A stretch of DNA of 37,777 bases from Pseudomonadota bacterium. Its GTDB lineage: Bacteria > Pseudomonadota > Gammaproteobacteria > Pseudomonadales > JAXHSS01. The stretch lies in the NCBI GenBank assembly GCA_034190675.1, contig JAXHSS010000002.1:1-37777 (forward strand), given 5' to 3'. Under the pieces are notes generated by a model, which had not been told where the DNA came from, ran no database searches, and saw nothing but the letters and a program-made list of their open reading frames with translations. This document shows positions 8,006-18,785 of the stretch, piece by piece. The translations under genes were made by a program, and so were the position numbers. The first letter of the stretch is position 1. Each line of letters opens with the position of its first letter.

Positions 8006-10447
8006 TTAAAACGTTTGTCCCAGCGAGAACTGGAAAAATTTTCTTTCATCACCTGATTTCGGATTAATCGCCTGCCCCAGACTAAAAGTTAATGGACCAA
8101 CAAAGGTATACGCCGACAAGGTGATACCATAACTTGAACGCAGCTGCTTATAATCAAAGCCCTCATTCGGATCGCCCGATTGTACCAAATCTGGTGAGTC
8201 AACCAAGTAAACATTACCAATATCATAAAAAATTGAGGTTCTGACATTGTCATAGTCCTCAAAAAACGGCATTGGGAAGATCAAGTCCAAACCGCCATGC
8301 AGTTTAAAGTTACCGCCAATCGCGTTTGGAAATTGGTCAGTTTTACTGAGGTCGTAAACGCGGTCGCCATTTTCATCAGTAACCACATTGCCATTTTCAT
8401 CAAACTGAGTCAGCGCGATAGCTCGTGGACTTTCAGGCCCCAACGTATTGCGTCGATAGCCTCGTACCGAGCCTAAACCCCCTGAATAAAAGTTTTTGAA
8501 AAACGGCAATCCACTACCATCGGTTAAACTATTACCGTAGGCCGTGTCGCCCCTTACTAGGAGCGACCAGCGATCAGAAAGTTCAAAGTAGCGATCAATA
8601 TTCGCATCTAGAATGTAGTAAGGAGAGTCACTGCCGGGCACCGCAACTTCTGCACCCAAGCGTGTATACAAACCACTGGTTGGCAAAAACCCACGGTTTA
8701 GTGTATTGCGACGCCAGCTTAATTCCGTGGTAAAGTTCAGATAATTATCACCGTTTTCCTCGATATAGTTTTCAATATCAATCGCGGTGTAAATACCGCT
8801 GATAATCTTGCTATTGTCCACACCAAAGCCCAGAGTAACGCGCTCATAATCACCAACGGGATAACCAAAGTTTAGGTAACCGCCCAAACGGTCAATCGAC
8901 CAATCCAGCGTCGAGTTACTGACATCATCAAAGTTTGTTTCTGAGTAATAAGCACCCCAGCCGCGGCTAATTCCGCTTGGTGTGTAATAGGGGTTGGTAA
9001 AGCTCATATTAAACGAGGTACGAGCTTGGTCTTTATTGACGCTAAAGCTTGCACTGTTGCCTGATCCGAGGAAGTTTTTCTGACTGACGCCTAGGCCAAA
9101 AGAAAAACCAACACTTTCAGAAAAACCCAGGTTAGCGGTAAACTCACCTGATGGGCGCTCTTCAACCGTCACTTCCAAGTCCATCAGATCAGGCTCACCC
9201 GCCACTGGCATTGCTGCGATATCAACTGACTGTAGATAACCCAAACGCTGTAGTTGCGCTTTTGAAAAATCAATTTCCGATTTATCTGCGGGCGCCCCTT
9301 CAAGCTGACGCATTTCTCGACGCAGTACCTCATCCGAGGTGTCAATATTGCCCTTGAACACAATATCACGGACATAGACTTTTTCACCCGGGATCACTTG
9401 ATAAATCAGCTTAGCGGTATGACCCTCTTCATCCAGCTGCGGCTGCGCATTAACGCGCGCATAGTAATAACCCAGATCACCCAAAAGATTCAGCATGGCG
9501 GTTTCACTTTCTGAAACACTACTTTGCTTATACACCTCACCTGGTGAATAAGCCAACGCGGCTTCAAGCTCAGACTGCTCGACGGGCAAATTGCCAACAA
9601 ATTCAGATGCGGTCACTTTATATGGCTGACCTTCTGTCACAAACAACGCAATATAGACTTTCTCACGATCAGGCGTTACGGAAACCTGAACTTGCTCAAA
9701 ATCAAAAGCCAAATAACCGCGCTCTAAATAAAAGCTTCTTAAGCGCTCAATGTCTGCGCCAAGGCGGTCACGTGCATACTTGTCATTACTGGAGACAAAT
9801 GACCAAAAACCACTGGCGCTGAGTTCCATTTGCTTGAGTAGAAGCTCGTTGTCAAACTGCTCATTACCGATAATATCAATTTCCTCAATACGCGCATTGC
9901 TGCCTTCTCGAACATCGATCTCGATTTTTACTTGGTTACGCGGTTGAGGCTCAACATTGGTTTTAACTCCAGCACCATAACGACCCTGAGCCAAATAAGA
10001 GCGCTCTAGGTCTTTACGAATACTTTCAAGGGCGGTGCGTTTAAAAATAGCACCCTCTTCTAGACCTATATTCTTCAAACCGTCAAAGAGCTGATCATCT
10101 GGAATACTATCATTGCCTTCAATCACAATTTCACTAATACTCGGACGCTCAACAACCTTGATCACCAACACATCAGACTCTCGGCTAACTTGCACGTCAT
10201 CAAAATTACCCGAGTCAAAAATGCGGCGGATTAGCTGTGCGATTTGTTCGCTCTCAGTATCGACGCTTTGGCCAGCGCGAACCGTGAGCAACGAATAGGC
10301 ATAATCGGGCGCAACACGTTGCAAGCCTTGAAAACGGATATCTTTAACAACAAAACTTTCAGCCCAACTGATCACCGGCACCAATGGCACCATGATCGTT
10401 AAAACACCGGCTCCCAGCAAAAAACGTAACCTAGACATAATACTCAT
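8006..10447 (-). CDS. bamA: Outer membrane protein assembly factor BamA
   Basis: 813 aa with a signal peptide, POTRA-like N-terminal repeats, a beta-barrel C-terminus ending in the beta-signal FQFSLGQTF, and conserved synteny. Confidence 0.95.
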   Translation of the reverse strand: MSIMSRLRFLLGAGVLTIMVPLVPVISWAESFVVKDIRFQGLQRVAPDYAYSLLTVRAGQSVDTESEQIAQLIRRIFDSGNFDDVQVSRESDVLVIKVVERPSISEIVIEGNDSIPDDQLFDGLKNIGLEEGAIFKRTALESIRKDLERSYLAQGRYGAGVKTNVEPQPRNQVKIEIDVREGSNARIEEIDIIGNEQFDNELLLKQMELSASGFWSFVSSNDKYARDRLGADIERLRSFYLERGYLAFDFEQVQVSVTPDREKVYIALFVTEGQPYKVTASEFVGNLPVEQSELEAALAYSPGEVYKQSSVSESETAMLNLLGDLGYYYARVNAQPQLDEEGHTAKLIYQVIPGEKVYVRDIVFKGNIDTSDEVLRREMRQLEGAPADKSEIDFSKAQLQRLGYLQSVDIAAMPVAGEPDLMDLEVTVEERPSGEFTANLGFSESVGFSFGLGVSQKNFLGSGNSASFSVNKDQARTSFNMSFTNPYYTPSGISRGWGAYYSETNFDDVSNSTLDWSIDRLGGYLNFGYPVGDYERVTLGFGVDNSKIISGIYTAIDIENYIEENGDNYLNFTTELSWRRNTLNRGFLPTSGLYTRLGAEVAVPGSDSPYYILDANIDRYFELSDRWSLLVRGDTAYGNSLTDGSGLPFFKNFYSGGLGSVRGYRRNTLGPESPRAIALTQFDENGNVVTDENGDRVYDLSKTDQFPNAIGGNFKLHGGLDLIFPMPFFEDYDNVRTSIFYDIGNVYLVDSPDLVQSGDPNEGFDYKQLRSSYGITLSAYTFVGPLTFSLGQAINPKSGDERKFFQFSLGQTF

Positions 10448-11788
10448 TTATAAATTCATCAGATCTTTAGAGATCGCAAAAAAAGTTAAAAACAATACCA
10501 ACAACAAACCAAACTGCGTCAAGCGCGCCTGCCAGTGGTCAGATAATGGCTTACCACGCACCCATTCAGCCGCCATCAGCAATAAATGACCACCATCTAG
10601 CACAGGGATGGGTAATAAATTCAGCACGCCAAGCATCACGCTAAACGCCGCTAAAAACAAAACAAAACTCTGAAGCCCCGCATCGGCACTGCTACCAGCT
10701 GTCTTCGCAATGCTAATTGGCCCGCCAATATGATCCGTCGATAATTGCCCCGTCACCAATTTGCCAAGCATCACAAGCTGAATTTGCACCATTTCACTGG
10801 TTTTGCTGACACCCTGAATCAGGCCATCCACGAGACCGAGCTTAAGCGTTTGTGGCTGGTAATATGAGGCCATTACATCGCTGTCTAAGCTTGCGCCCAT
10901 TTGGCCGATACGAATGCCATCATTCTCAACAGTTCTTGGCGTCAAACGAATCTCAAGCTCATTTGAGCCACGTTCTACGCGTAAGTTCAACTCGCGCTCA
11001 GGGTTGGCTCGCACGATCTCTGTCATTTCCTGCCAATAGTCGATGGGTTTACCATCAATCGCAACAATGCGATCACCAGCTTTAAGGCCTGCAAGGCTAG
11101 CAGGATAGCTGTCAACCACGCCACCGATCACCGCAGGTAATTGAACTTGCTTTGGCATCAGGCCAAGTCGCTGAAAGGGATTATCTTTTGGATCAACAAA
11201 AATATCAGACAAAGTAAACGAGGCTTGTTGATCAACGCCTGAGGCATCAATAAAACGCATATCCAATGTTTTTGCGCCGCTACCCGCTTCAAAGCTCATA
11301 GCTTTAAACGCATCTGACCAGCCGAGGATTCGTCGATCATTGAGTGAGACAAGTTCCCAACCCGACTCGACCTGCCCCGCAGCAGGGGATTCCGCTATGG
11401 CATCACCAATAACTGCAGGCTGATACTGATAGCCCGAAGTAAACAAGGCAAAATACAGCACCACGGCTAACAGTAGATTAATCAATGGCCCTGCAGCCAC
11501 AATGATGGCTCTCTGCCAAAGCGGCTGATGATTAAAACTTACTGGCAACAGCTCTGGCGAAACCTGGGCCTCTCGGGTGTCCAGCATTTTGACATAACCA
11601 CCCAAAGGAATGGGCGCCAAGGCAAACTCCGTACCTTTGCGGTCATAAAACGAATAAAACGGCTTGCCAAATCCAACGCTGAATCGAAGCACCTTCACAC
11701 CGCATGCTCTGGCCGCCAAAAAGTGACCGAACTCATGAACGGTGACTAAGATTAATATCGTGGCGACAAAGCCAAGTAGCATCATCAT
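10448..11788 (-). CDS. rseP: Site-2 zinc metalloprotease RseP
   Basis: HEFGHF zinc motif, PDZ-like middle region, and the NLLPIPVLDGGH motif. Its stop codon directly abuts the bamA start. Confidence 0.95.
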   Translation of the reverse strand: MMMLLGFVATILILVTVHEFGHFLAARACGVKVLRFSVGFGKPFYSFYDRKGTEFALAPIPLGGYVKMLDTREAQVSPELLPVSFNHQPLWQRAIIVAAGPLINLLLAVVLYFALFTSGYQYQPAVIGDAIAESPAAGQVESGWELVSLNDRRILGWSDAFKAMSFEAGSGAKTLDMRFIDASGVDQQASFTLSDIFVDPKDNPFQRLGLMPKQVQLPAVIGGVVDSYPASLAGLKAGDRIVAIDGKPIDYWQEMTEIVRANPERELNLRVERGSNELEIRLTPRTVENDGIRIGQMGASLDSDVMASYYQPQTLKLGLVDGLIQGVSKTSEMVQIQLVMLGKLVTGQLSTDHIGGPISIAKTAGSSADAGLQSFVLFLAAFSVMLGVLNLLPIPVLDGGHLLLMAAEWVRGKPLSDHWQARLTQFGLLLVLFLTFFAISKDLMNL

Positions 11789-12984
11789 GCCGAAATCACT
11801 CGCTGGCTAATAATCTGCTCGGCTAAAGCGCGAGCACGAGCATCTGCATTTAATGCATCATCTAAGCTCGTAATGTCGGCAACCTGAGTCTGCGCCATCA
11901 CTTGCGCATTAATTTCAGCAATATCTAAGAAGCCGATCTCATTAGCCATAAAGCGATCAACAGACACCTCATTTGCTGCATTCAGTGTCGCTGGCATCAC
12001 GCCGCCTTGCTTGAGTGCGTCAAAGGCTAAGGCAAGGTTTTTAAACTTGGATAAATCGGGGGGTAAAAACTGCAATTGCATGGCCTGACTGAAGTCCATT
12101 TTAGGCAGGTCCAAGGCCAAGCGCTCAGGCCACGCCAAGCAATAGCCGATTGGTGTCATCATGTCAGGTAAACCCAGTTGCGCCATGACCGAACCATCTT
12201 GGTAGGCGACCATCGAGTGCACAATACTTTGCGGGTGAATCACCACCTCAATTTGCTCAACAGGCAAACCGAATAACCAATACGCCTCAATGACCTCAAG
12301 GCCTTTATTCATCATGGTGGCTGAATCAATCGAAATTTTTTGGCCCATTGACCAACAAGGATGATCACAGGCCTGCTCCACGGTTACCTCAGCGAGCTCA
12401 GATAGTGGCGTTTCAAAAAATGGGCCGCCACTGGCCGTTAAAATCAGTCTTTCTACGCCGGCTTCAACCAAGCCCGCTTTGTCTTTTGTCTCAGCTAGGC
12501 ATTGGAAAATGGCATTATGTTCGCTGTCTACGGGCAGGATCGTTGCGCCAGAGGCTTGCGCGGCATCCATCATCAAGTTGCCCGCCAGCACCAAGGATTC
12601 TTTATTGGCCAATAAAACACGCTTTGCTGCCTGAATCGCAGCTAGGGTTGGCAATAAACCAGCAGCGCCCACAATCGCGCTGACTACTTGGTCCACCTCA
12701 GGCAAAGACGCAATATGCGCTAGACCTGATTCTCCCACATGAAGCTCGCAGTCGATCGACTGAACCGAGAGCCAATCATTAAGATCAGCTGCATTCGTAG
12801 GCGTTGCTAATGCTACATGGGCAGGTTTGAACTGCAGAATTTGTGATTTTAAGCGCTCAATATTGCGATTGCCGGACATGGAAAACACCCGATATCGCTC
12901 AGGATGCTGCTCGATAACTTTCAGCGTACTAACGCCGATCGAGCCTGTGGCGCCGAGGATGCAAATATTTTGCGCTGTGCTCAT
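11785..12984 (-). CDS. dxr: 1-deoxy-D-xylulose-5-phosphate reductoisomerase
   Basis: ILGATGSIG N-terminal NADPH motif, 399 aa, in conserved synteny. Confidence 0.95.
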   Translation of the reverse strand: MSTAQNICILGATGSIGVSTLKVIEQHPERYRVFSMSGNRNIERLKSQILQFKPAHVALATPTNAADLNDWLSVQSIDCELHVGESGLAHIASLPEVDQVVSAIVGAAGLLPTLAAIQAAKRVLLANKESLVLAGNLMMDAAQASGATILPVDSEHNAIFQCLAETKDKAGLVEAGVERLILTASGGPFFETPLSELAEVTVEQACDHPCWSMGQKISIDSATMMNKGLEVIEAYWLFGLPVEQIEVVIHPQSIVHSMVAYQDGSVMAQLGLPDMMTPIGYCLAWPERLALDLPKMDFSQAMQLQFLPPDLSKFKNLALAFDALKQGGVMPATLNAANEVSVDRFMANEIGFLDIAEINAQVMAQTQVADITSLDDALNADARARALAEQIISQRVISA

Positions 12985-13766
12985 GCCAACCAGCCGTGCG
13001 CAAGGGCAAATAATGGCAAGGCCGCAATTACCGAGTCGATTCGATCAAGAACACCGCCATGACCTGGCAAGAGCTGGCTACTGTCTTTCATATTGCGGTG
13101 GCGCTTAAACATGCTTTCAAACAAGTCGCCGATCACGCTAGCCGCATGAAGCAGTACGCCCGCAATGATCATACCCACATAGCTATAGGCTGGCTCAATT
13201 TGCGTGTTCGCAATCACCAAGAGCAAGACCACCCAAAGCAGGCCTCCGAAATAGCCCTCCCAGGTTTTTCCTGGGCTAACATTGGGCGCAATTTTACGAC
13301 GACCAAATTGCCTTCCCGCAAAATAGGCGCCGATATCCGCCGACCAAATACAAACAAAAGCAAACAGTAATAACCACGGTGATTCATTATACAAATACAA
13401 CCCTGACCAGAAGGTTGCCGCGGCCAACACAACACCCACGACAAAGTTAATTACAGGGAAATTCAGTGCACGAGTCTCCGGAAAGCGAAGAATTACGCGC
13501 AACGCATGCAGCCAAAACAGGATATAAAATACCGTTAGCCAATAAGGATTGGTTGGTACTAGGCTGATAACCAAAAACATCGCTGAGAAAAAGCCTAAGA
13601 AATGCCACCAAGTTGGCTTATCCATAATTAGGCGCACCCACTCCCAACCCGCGATAATGGCAATACCCGCCATCACCCAAATAAACTGCTGAGGCGTTGA
13701 AAAAAAGACAGAAAAAATAAAACCTAATAGTAAAAATATCGCCGTAATGACGCGCTCTCGTAACAT
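12981..13766 (-). CDS. cdsA: Phosphatidate cytidylyltransferase
   Basis: Polytopic membrane protein with the CTP-transferase signature SMFKRHRNMKDSSQLLPGHGGVLDRIDS. Confidence 0.92.
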   Translation of the reverse strand: MLRERVITAIFLLLGFIFSVFFSTPQQFIWVMAGIAIIAGWEWVRLIMDKPTWWHFLGFFSAMFLVISLVPTNPYWLTVFYILFWLHALRVILRFPETRALNFPVINFVVGVVLAAATFWSGLYLYNESPWLLLFAFVCIWSADIGAYFAGRQFGRRKIAPNVSPGKTWEGYFGGLLWVVLLLVIANTQIEPAYSYVGMIIAGVLLHAASVIGDLFESMFKRHRNMKDSSQLLPGHGGVLDRIDSVIAALPLFALAHGWLA

Positions 13767-13771
13767 AATAA

Positions 13772-14503
13772 CTAACTCAAACTGGCGATTTGCTCAGAGG
13801 TCATACCAAAACGACGCTCACGCTGTTGATAAAAATGAATGGCTTGATCAAAGGCTTGTTCATCAAAGTCAGGCCAAAGTTGATCAGCAAAAAAGAGCTC
13901 AGAATAGGCCAGATCCCATAATAAAAAATTGCTGATACGCTGCTCTTTCGCCGTGCGAATACACAAATCAACAGGTGGCTGACCCGCTAAACTGAGCTTT
14001 TCTGCGATCAGCTCTTCTGAAATCGCTAAAGGGTCCAGCTGCCCAAGTTGAACCTGCTCAGCAAGCTTTTGCATCGCCTGTGTTAGGTCCCACTTTCCGC
14101 CGTAGTTTAACGCCACATTGACTGTCATGCTGGGCTTTGCCAAAGGGCGCTGTTCGATTGCCGCCATTTGCGACTGCACTTTGTCAGAAAATACTAAGCG
14201 ATCGCCAATAAAGCGCACCGCAATATCGTGCTCATAGAGCTCACTGACTTTGTTTTCAAGCGCGTCTGCAAACAGGTCCATCAGAAAATCCACTTCCCTT
14301 TTAGGACGCTGCCAATTTTCACTGCTGAAAGCAAAAACCGTGAAATAACGAACACCCAGCTGAGCCGCATGGATAGCGACTTTGCGCAAGGCTTTTTCAC
14401 CCTCAATATGGCCATCGCCCATTTCAAGGCCGCGCAATCTTGCCCAGCGATTGTTGCCATCCATAATGACAGCAACATGTTGTGGTATAGAATTCTGAGT
14501 CAT
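13772..14503 (-). CDS. uppS: Undecaprenyl diphosphate synthase
   Basis: IMDGNNRWA and RISNFLLWDLAYSELFF motifs. Confidence 0.95.
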   Translation of the reverse strand: MTQNSIPQHVAVIMDGNNRWARLRGLEMGDGHIEGEKALRKVAIHAAQLGVRYFTVFAFSSENWQRPKREVDFLMDLFADALENKVSELYEHDIAVRFIGDRLVFSDKVQSQMAAIEQRPLAKPSMTVNVALNYGGKWDLTQAMQKLAEQVQLGQLDPLAISEELIAEKLSLAGQPPVDLCIRTAKEQRISNFLLWDLAYSELFFADQLWPDFDEQAFDQAIHFYQQRERRFGMTSEQIASLS

Positions 14504-14509
14504 GGACGG

Positions 14510-15067
14510 TTAGATCGTTAGAAGCTCTTCTTCCTTAAGCGCTAAAATTCCGTCAATCTTCTCGACCGCTTCATCCGTCACTTTTTGTACATTCGCTTCA
14601 CCTTGACGCTCTTCGTCTTCGGTGATTTCTTTTTCCTTTAAAAGCTCTTTGATATCGCTATTGGCGTCACGGCGAATATTTCGCACCGCAATTTTGGCAT
14701 TCTCAGCCTCAGCTTTAGCTTGCTTAACCAGCTCTTTACGCGTTTCTTCCGTTAATGGCGGCATCGTGAGGCGAATCAAATCACCCGTTGTGCTTGGTGT
14801 AATACCGACATCAGAGGCCATGATCGCTTTCTCAATTTGCGGAATCAAATGCTTTTCCCAAGGTGAGATCACCAGTGTGCGACCCTCTTCTACTGAAATG
14901 TTTGCCACCTGAGCCACTTTAGTTGGCGTGCCATAATAATCAATGGTAACGGGATCAAGAATGCCCTTATTGGCACGACCAGTACGAATACGTACTAGCG
15001 CATCATTTAAACTATCGACACTTTTGCTCATGCGCTCACGCGCATCACTAATAATTTCGTTAATCAT
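14510..15067 (-). CDS. frr: Ribosome recycling factor
   Basis: [14 protein letters not shown]-terminus and 185 aa length, as in the Frr family. The ORF-track start at 15082 is trimmed to the ATG at 15067, which overlaps the pyrH stop by 8 nt. Confidence 0.95.
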   Translation of the reverse strand: MINEIISDARERMSKSVDSLNDALVRIRTGRANKGILDPVTIDYYGTPTKVAQVANISVEEGRTLVISPWEKHLIPQIEKAIMASDVGITPSTTGDLIRLTMPPLTEETRKELVKQAKAEAENAKIAVRNIRRDANSDIKELLKEKEITEDEERQGEANVQKVTDEAVEKIDGILALKEEELLTI

Positions 15068-15812
15068 CACTATTTTCCTCAAATTGAGACTGAATTAAGG
15101 TACCTTCACTGCCGCCCATCGCCAAATTCAAAAGAGCGCTCGGCTTGTTGATATCACAAACGCGCAAAGGCATGTTTTCATCACGACATAAACAAATCGC
15201 GGTAAGATCCATCACGCCTAACTGACGGGCTAATACCTCGTCGTAGGTCAAATTATCAAAGCGAACAGCATCTGGATTGGTTTTTGGATCGGCATCATAA
15301 ACACCGTCAACATTCGTGGCTTTAATCACCACATCGGCGTCGATTTCGATACCGCGTAGGCTAGCTGCCGTATCTGTTGTAAAAAATGGATTGCCCGTAC
15401 CAGCAGAGAAAATCACCACATCCCCTTTGTCGAGATATCGCAAAGCCGTTCTACGATCATAGTGCTCAACGATGCCGCTCATTGGGATCGCTGACATAAT
15501 TCGCGTGCTTATGCCTGCTCGCTCAAGGGTGTCGCGCATTGCAATGGCATTCATCACGGTGGCCAACATACCCATATGGTCACCAGCCACACGATCAAGG
15601 CCTGCTTCATTGAGCTGTTTACCACGGAATAAATTACCGCCGCCAACGACAATGCCAACTTGGACTTTGATACCCACCAATTGGCCAATTTCCAAGGCCA
15701 TTTTGTCTAATACTCGTGGGTCAATACCAAACTTTTCGCTGCCTGCCAGTGCTTCACCACTGAGTTTCAACAGGATTCGCTTATACTTTGCTCGCTCAAT
15801 CTGCTTCGCCAT
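15060..15812 (-). CDS. pyrH: UMP kinase
   Basis: [14 protein letters not shown]-terminal motif. The start is trimmed to the ATG at 15812 ([12 protein letters not shown]...), preceded by GAGGT. Confidence 0.95.
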   Translation of the reverse strand: MAKQIERAKYKRILLKLSGEALAGSEKFGIDPRVLDKMALEIGQLVGIKVQVGIVVGGGNLFRGKQLNEAGLDRVAGDHMGMLATVMNAIAMRDTLERAGISTRIMSAIPMSGIVEHYDRRTALRYLDKGDVVIFSAGTGNPFFTTDTAASLRGIEIDADVVIKATNVDGVYDADPKTNPDAVRFDNLTYDEVLARQLGVMDLTAICLCRDENMPLRVCDINKPSALLNLAMGGSEGTLIQSQFEENSDD

Positions 15813-15915
15813 GTCTAACCTCAACACCACCAAAAGTGGTAAAAAAACGCGCTCTATAGTTTAGTGAAATGATAAAAATATGCAAAAGGTTTCGCCAATA
15901 GCCGAGACGAGCCGA

Positions 15916-16785
15916 TCACTTATCTAAACCCGTTTCCTTTCGTGTAATTTTTAAGGCCACTTTGTCATAACCACGAGAAGAGCTTATGCGCTTGATAAAA
16001 CCCATAATGTAAGTTAAGCGTGTTTGATAGTAACGTGGCTTGGGACGCTGTGACTCAAGAATATCGATCACATCTTTAACCACGGCATCAGGCTCAAGCG
16101 TAAAAGGGATTCGACCCGTCATCGCCAAGCCTTTGTGCATTGTTTCGTAGGCACGCTGATGCGGGCTGTCATGCATAATAGGCTCGATATACTTAAGAAA
16201 AAACTTCTGTTTATTTTGCCGAATTCGAGAAACAATGGGACCAGGCTCAACCAAACCCACCCGAATATTGCTATCAGTCAGAGCCAATTCCTGTCGCAGT
16301 GCGTCAGTATAGGCCTCAAGAGCATGCTTGCTAGCACAATAAGCTGCACGAAAAGACATCGCAGCAATACCCATCACCGAGCTGTTTTGAATAATGCGGC
16401 CATCACCCTGCGGACGCATAAATCGCTTAAGCACTTGATTGGTGATATAGGTCACTGCAAAAAAATTGGTATCAAACTGCTCACGCAGCGCTTCATCAGG
16501 CAGGTCTTCAGCAGCACCTACTTGCGAATACCCCGCATTGTTGAATACGCCATAAAGCTTGCCGTAACGCGTTTGTATATGATCCAGCAATGCATCTACT
16601 TGCGCATAATCTGTGACTTCAAGAAACTGAGCATCAACACCTAGGTCTCTCAGACGCGCCACACCTTCCTCTGATCTGGCTGTGGCGATCACCGGATAAC
16701 CACGCTCATGCAATAGCTGCGCTGCGCGCCAGCCAATACCTGAAGAACACCCCGTAATTAACACGGGCTTGTTTGCATAATCCAT
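15916..16785 (-). CDS. Short-chain dehydrogenase/reductase (classical SDR) family oxidoreductase
   Basis: TGCSSGIG cofactor motif, NNAG, and catalytic YCASK. The ATG at 16785 (MDYANKPVLITG) is preceded by AGGGGG. The ORF-track start at 16791 is GTG. Confidence 0.85.
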   Translation of the reverse strand: MDYANKPVLITGCSSGIGWRAAQLLHERGYPVIATARSEEGVARLRDLGVDAQFLEVTDYAQVDALLDHIQTRYGKLYGVFNNAGYSQVGAAEDLPDEALREQFDTNFFAVTYITNQVLKRFMRPQGDGRIIQNSSVMGIAAMSFRAAYCASKHALEAYTDALRQELALTDSNIRVGLVEPGPIVSRIRQNKQKFFLKYIEPIMHDSPHQRAYETMHKGLAMTGRIPFTLEPDAVVKDVIDILESQRPKPRYYQTRLTYIMGFIKRISSSRGYDKVALKITRKETGLDK

Positions 16786-16973
16786 AAACACCCCCTATTG
16801 GTGACAACAGTATACGGGCAAAAAGGCTTAAACGCTTCCACCAGAAAACCACTTTCTTAGCCCATTTGAGTTTCACCGCTTAGAGACCTCTTAGCGGCGT
16901 TTAACCCGCTCAGTGCTGGCCATTTCGCATCATGTTTTTAAGCAATGATCTGCTGTTTAACGCTGAATCCAAC

Positions 16974-17002
16974 AAAAAAGGGAGCCAATGGCTCCCTTTT
17001 TT
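16974..17002 (-). terminator. Rho-independent terminator downstream of tsf
   Basis: AAAAAAGGGAGCC-aat-GGCTCCCTTTTTT, a 7-bp GC-rich stem with U-tracts on both strands, about 48 nt after the tsf stop. Confidence 0.75.
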
Positions 17003-17049
17003 GTCTGGTTGATCAAATGCAGGTTATTAACCCGCAATAAGATAAACCC

Positions 17050-17919
17050 TTAGACTTTAGCTGCAGCGGCAACTTCTGCTGCAAAATCCGTCTCTTCTTT
17101 CTCGATACCTTCGCCCACTTCAAAGCGCGTAAAACCGATCAATTCTGCACCAGCATCTTTGATCAATTTAGCAACAGTGATGTCTGGGTTTTTAACGAAA
17201 GGCTGGTCAACCAAGCTCACTTCTTTCTTGAACTTGCCAAGACGACCTTGGATCATTTTCTCAATGATTTCAGCTGGCTTACCTGACTCTTGCGCTTGCG
17301 CAACAAAGATGTCTTTTTCTTTTTCAATAATTTCAGCTGGGATATCGTCTGAATGCGCAACCATTGGGTTTGTCGCTGCAACGTGCATCGCTACGTCTTT
17401 ACTAAGCGCTTCATCACCACCTTTAAGTGCAACCAATACGCCAATTTTCAAACCGTGGGCGTATTCACCGATCACACCTTCAACATTTTCTACAATCTCA
17501 GCGCGACGAATTTGGATGTTTTCACCAATCTTCTGGATCAGACCCTGACGAACGCTTTCTACCGTACCGCCATCGATTTCTAGCTCTGCGATTTGCGCAA
17601 CGTCTGTAACGCCCGCTTCAAGCGCTGCTGCAGCTACTTTAGCTGAGAATGCTTCGAAGTTGTCATCACGTGCAACAAAGTCAGTCTCACAGTTGATTTC
17701 TAGCATGATCGCTTTGTCACCTGTATTAGCGAATGCAACTTTACCTTCAGCTGCAACACGACCCGCTTTCTTAGCCGCTTTCGCTTGACCAGATTTACGC
17801 AGGTTTTCGATAGCGACTTCGATATCGCCATTCGTTTCTACTAATGCTTTTTTACACTCCATCATACCCAAACCGGTACGCTCACGAAGTTCTTTTACTA
17901 GGGCTGCTGTAACTGCCAT
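17050..17919 (-). CDS. tsf: Translation elongation factor Ts
   Basis: [27 protein letters not shown]-terminus, located downstream of rpsB. Confidence 0.97.
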   Translation of the reverse strand: MAVTAALVKELRERTGLGMMECKKALVETNGDIEVAIENLRKSGQAKAAKKAGRVAAEGKVAFANTGDKAIMLEINCETDFVARDDNFEAFSAKVAAAALEAGVTDVAQIAELEIDGGTVESVRQGLIQKIGENIQIRRAEIVENVEGVIGEYAHGLKIGVLVALKGGDEALSKDVAMHVAATNPMVAHSDDIPAEIIEKEKDIFVAQAQESGKPAEIIEKMIQGRLGKFKKEVSLVDQPFVKNPDITVAKLIKDAGAELIGFTRFEVGEGIEKEETDFAAEVAAAAKV

Positions 17920-17948
17920 GATTTGCTCCTAAAAAATTTATACGTAAT

Positions 17949-17974
17949 AAAAACAAAGGCGGCCGTGGCCGCCC
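17949..17974 (-). terminator. Intercistronic hairpin plus U-tract (attenuator or partial terminator) between rpsB and tsf
   Basis: The minus strand reads GGCGGCC-ac-GGCCGCC followed by TTTGTTTTT. A partial terminator at this position is known for the E. coli rpsB-tsf operon. Confidence 0.55.
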
Positions 17975-17984
17975 TCGGAATAAC

Positions 17985-18785
17985 TTACTCGGCTTTCGCT
18001 TCTTCAGTTGCCTCAGCACCCGCTTCAGTTTCCTGAACCGCTTGCTCAGCGACTGTGTCGTCTACCTCAACAAAGCCGTCTTCTTCTGTACCTGTAACTG
18101 ATGCATAATTACGACCTTCGATGCAAGCATCCGCAACAGCGCGAACAAAAAGCTGAACTGAACGAATCGCGTCATCGTTACCTGGAATAACGTAATCGAT
18201 GCTGTCTGGATCGCTGTTAGTATCAACAACACCCACAACTGGAATACCTAGCTTGTTTGCTTCAGCAACAGCAATGTTTTCATAGTCAACATCAACAACG
18301 AAGATAACGTCTGGCAAACCGCCCATATCTTTAATACCACCAAGTGAACGCTCCAGCTTTTCTAGCTCACGCGTTTTCATTAGCGCTTCTTTTTTCGTCA
18401 AACGGTGTAATGTACCGTCTTCTTTTTGCTGCTCAAGCTCTTTAAGCGTATTGATTGACTGACGAATAGTTTTCCAGTTAGTCAACATACCACCTAACCA
18501 ACGGTGGTTGACATACGGCATACCCGCACGCTCAGCTTCTTCAGCGATAATCTTTTGTGCTGCACGTTTTGTACCAACGAAAAGCACTTTGTGCTTTTTC
18601 GATGCTTCAGAGTTAATGAACTGAAGCGCATCGTTTAATGCAGATACCGTGTGCTCAAGGTTGATGATATGAATCTTGTTACGCGCACCAAAAATGTACT
18701 CTGCCATTTTTGGGTTCCAGAAACGTGTTTGGTGACCGAAGTGAACACCAGCTTTTAACATGTCGCGCATGCTTACATTTGCCAT
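17985..18785 (-). CDS. rpsB: 30S ribosomal protein S2
   Basis: [27 protein letters not shown]. The start is trimmed to the ATG at 18785, preceded by GGAG. The acidic C-terminal tail is longer than in E. coli. Confidence 0.97.
   Translation of the reverse strand: MANVSMRDMLKAGVHFGHQTRFWNPKMAEYIFGARNKIHIINLEHTVSALNDALQFINSEASKKHKVLFVGTKRAAQKIIAEEAERAGMPYVNHRWLGGMLTNWKTIRQSINTLKELEQQKEDGTLHRLTKKEALMKTRELEKLERSLGGIKDMGGLPDVIFVVDVDYENIAVAEANKLGIPVVGVVDTNSDPDSIDYVIPGNDDAIRSVQLFVRAVADACIEGRNYASVTGTEEDGFVEVDDTVAEQAVQETEAGAEATEEAKAE

Noticed and set aside
16135-16644. 169-aa plus-strand ORF antisense to the SDR gene. Similar long antisense ORFs occur at 15472-15864, 2060-2461, 21688-22092, 35361-35705, 36822-37133, 12348-12683 and 17159-17548.
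   Set aside because: Each lies fully inside a confidently identified gene on the other strand. Their translations are low-complexity and rich in R/S/L/C/H, typical of antisense frames. None has an SD or recognisable motifs.
16876-16897. Hairpin CCGCTTAGA-gacc-TCTTAGCGG (one mismatch) in the tsf-SDR spacer, considered as an sRNA or terminator.
   Set aside because: There is no U-tract on either strand and no second copy in the window. It is mentioned only as context for the SDR insertion.
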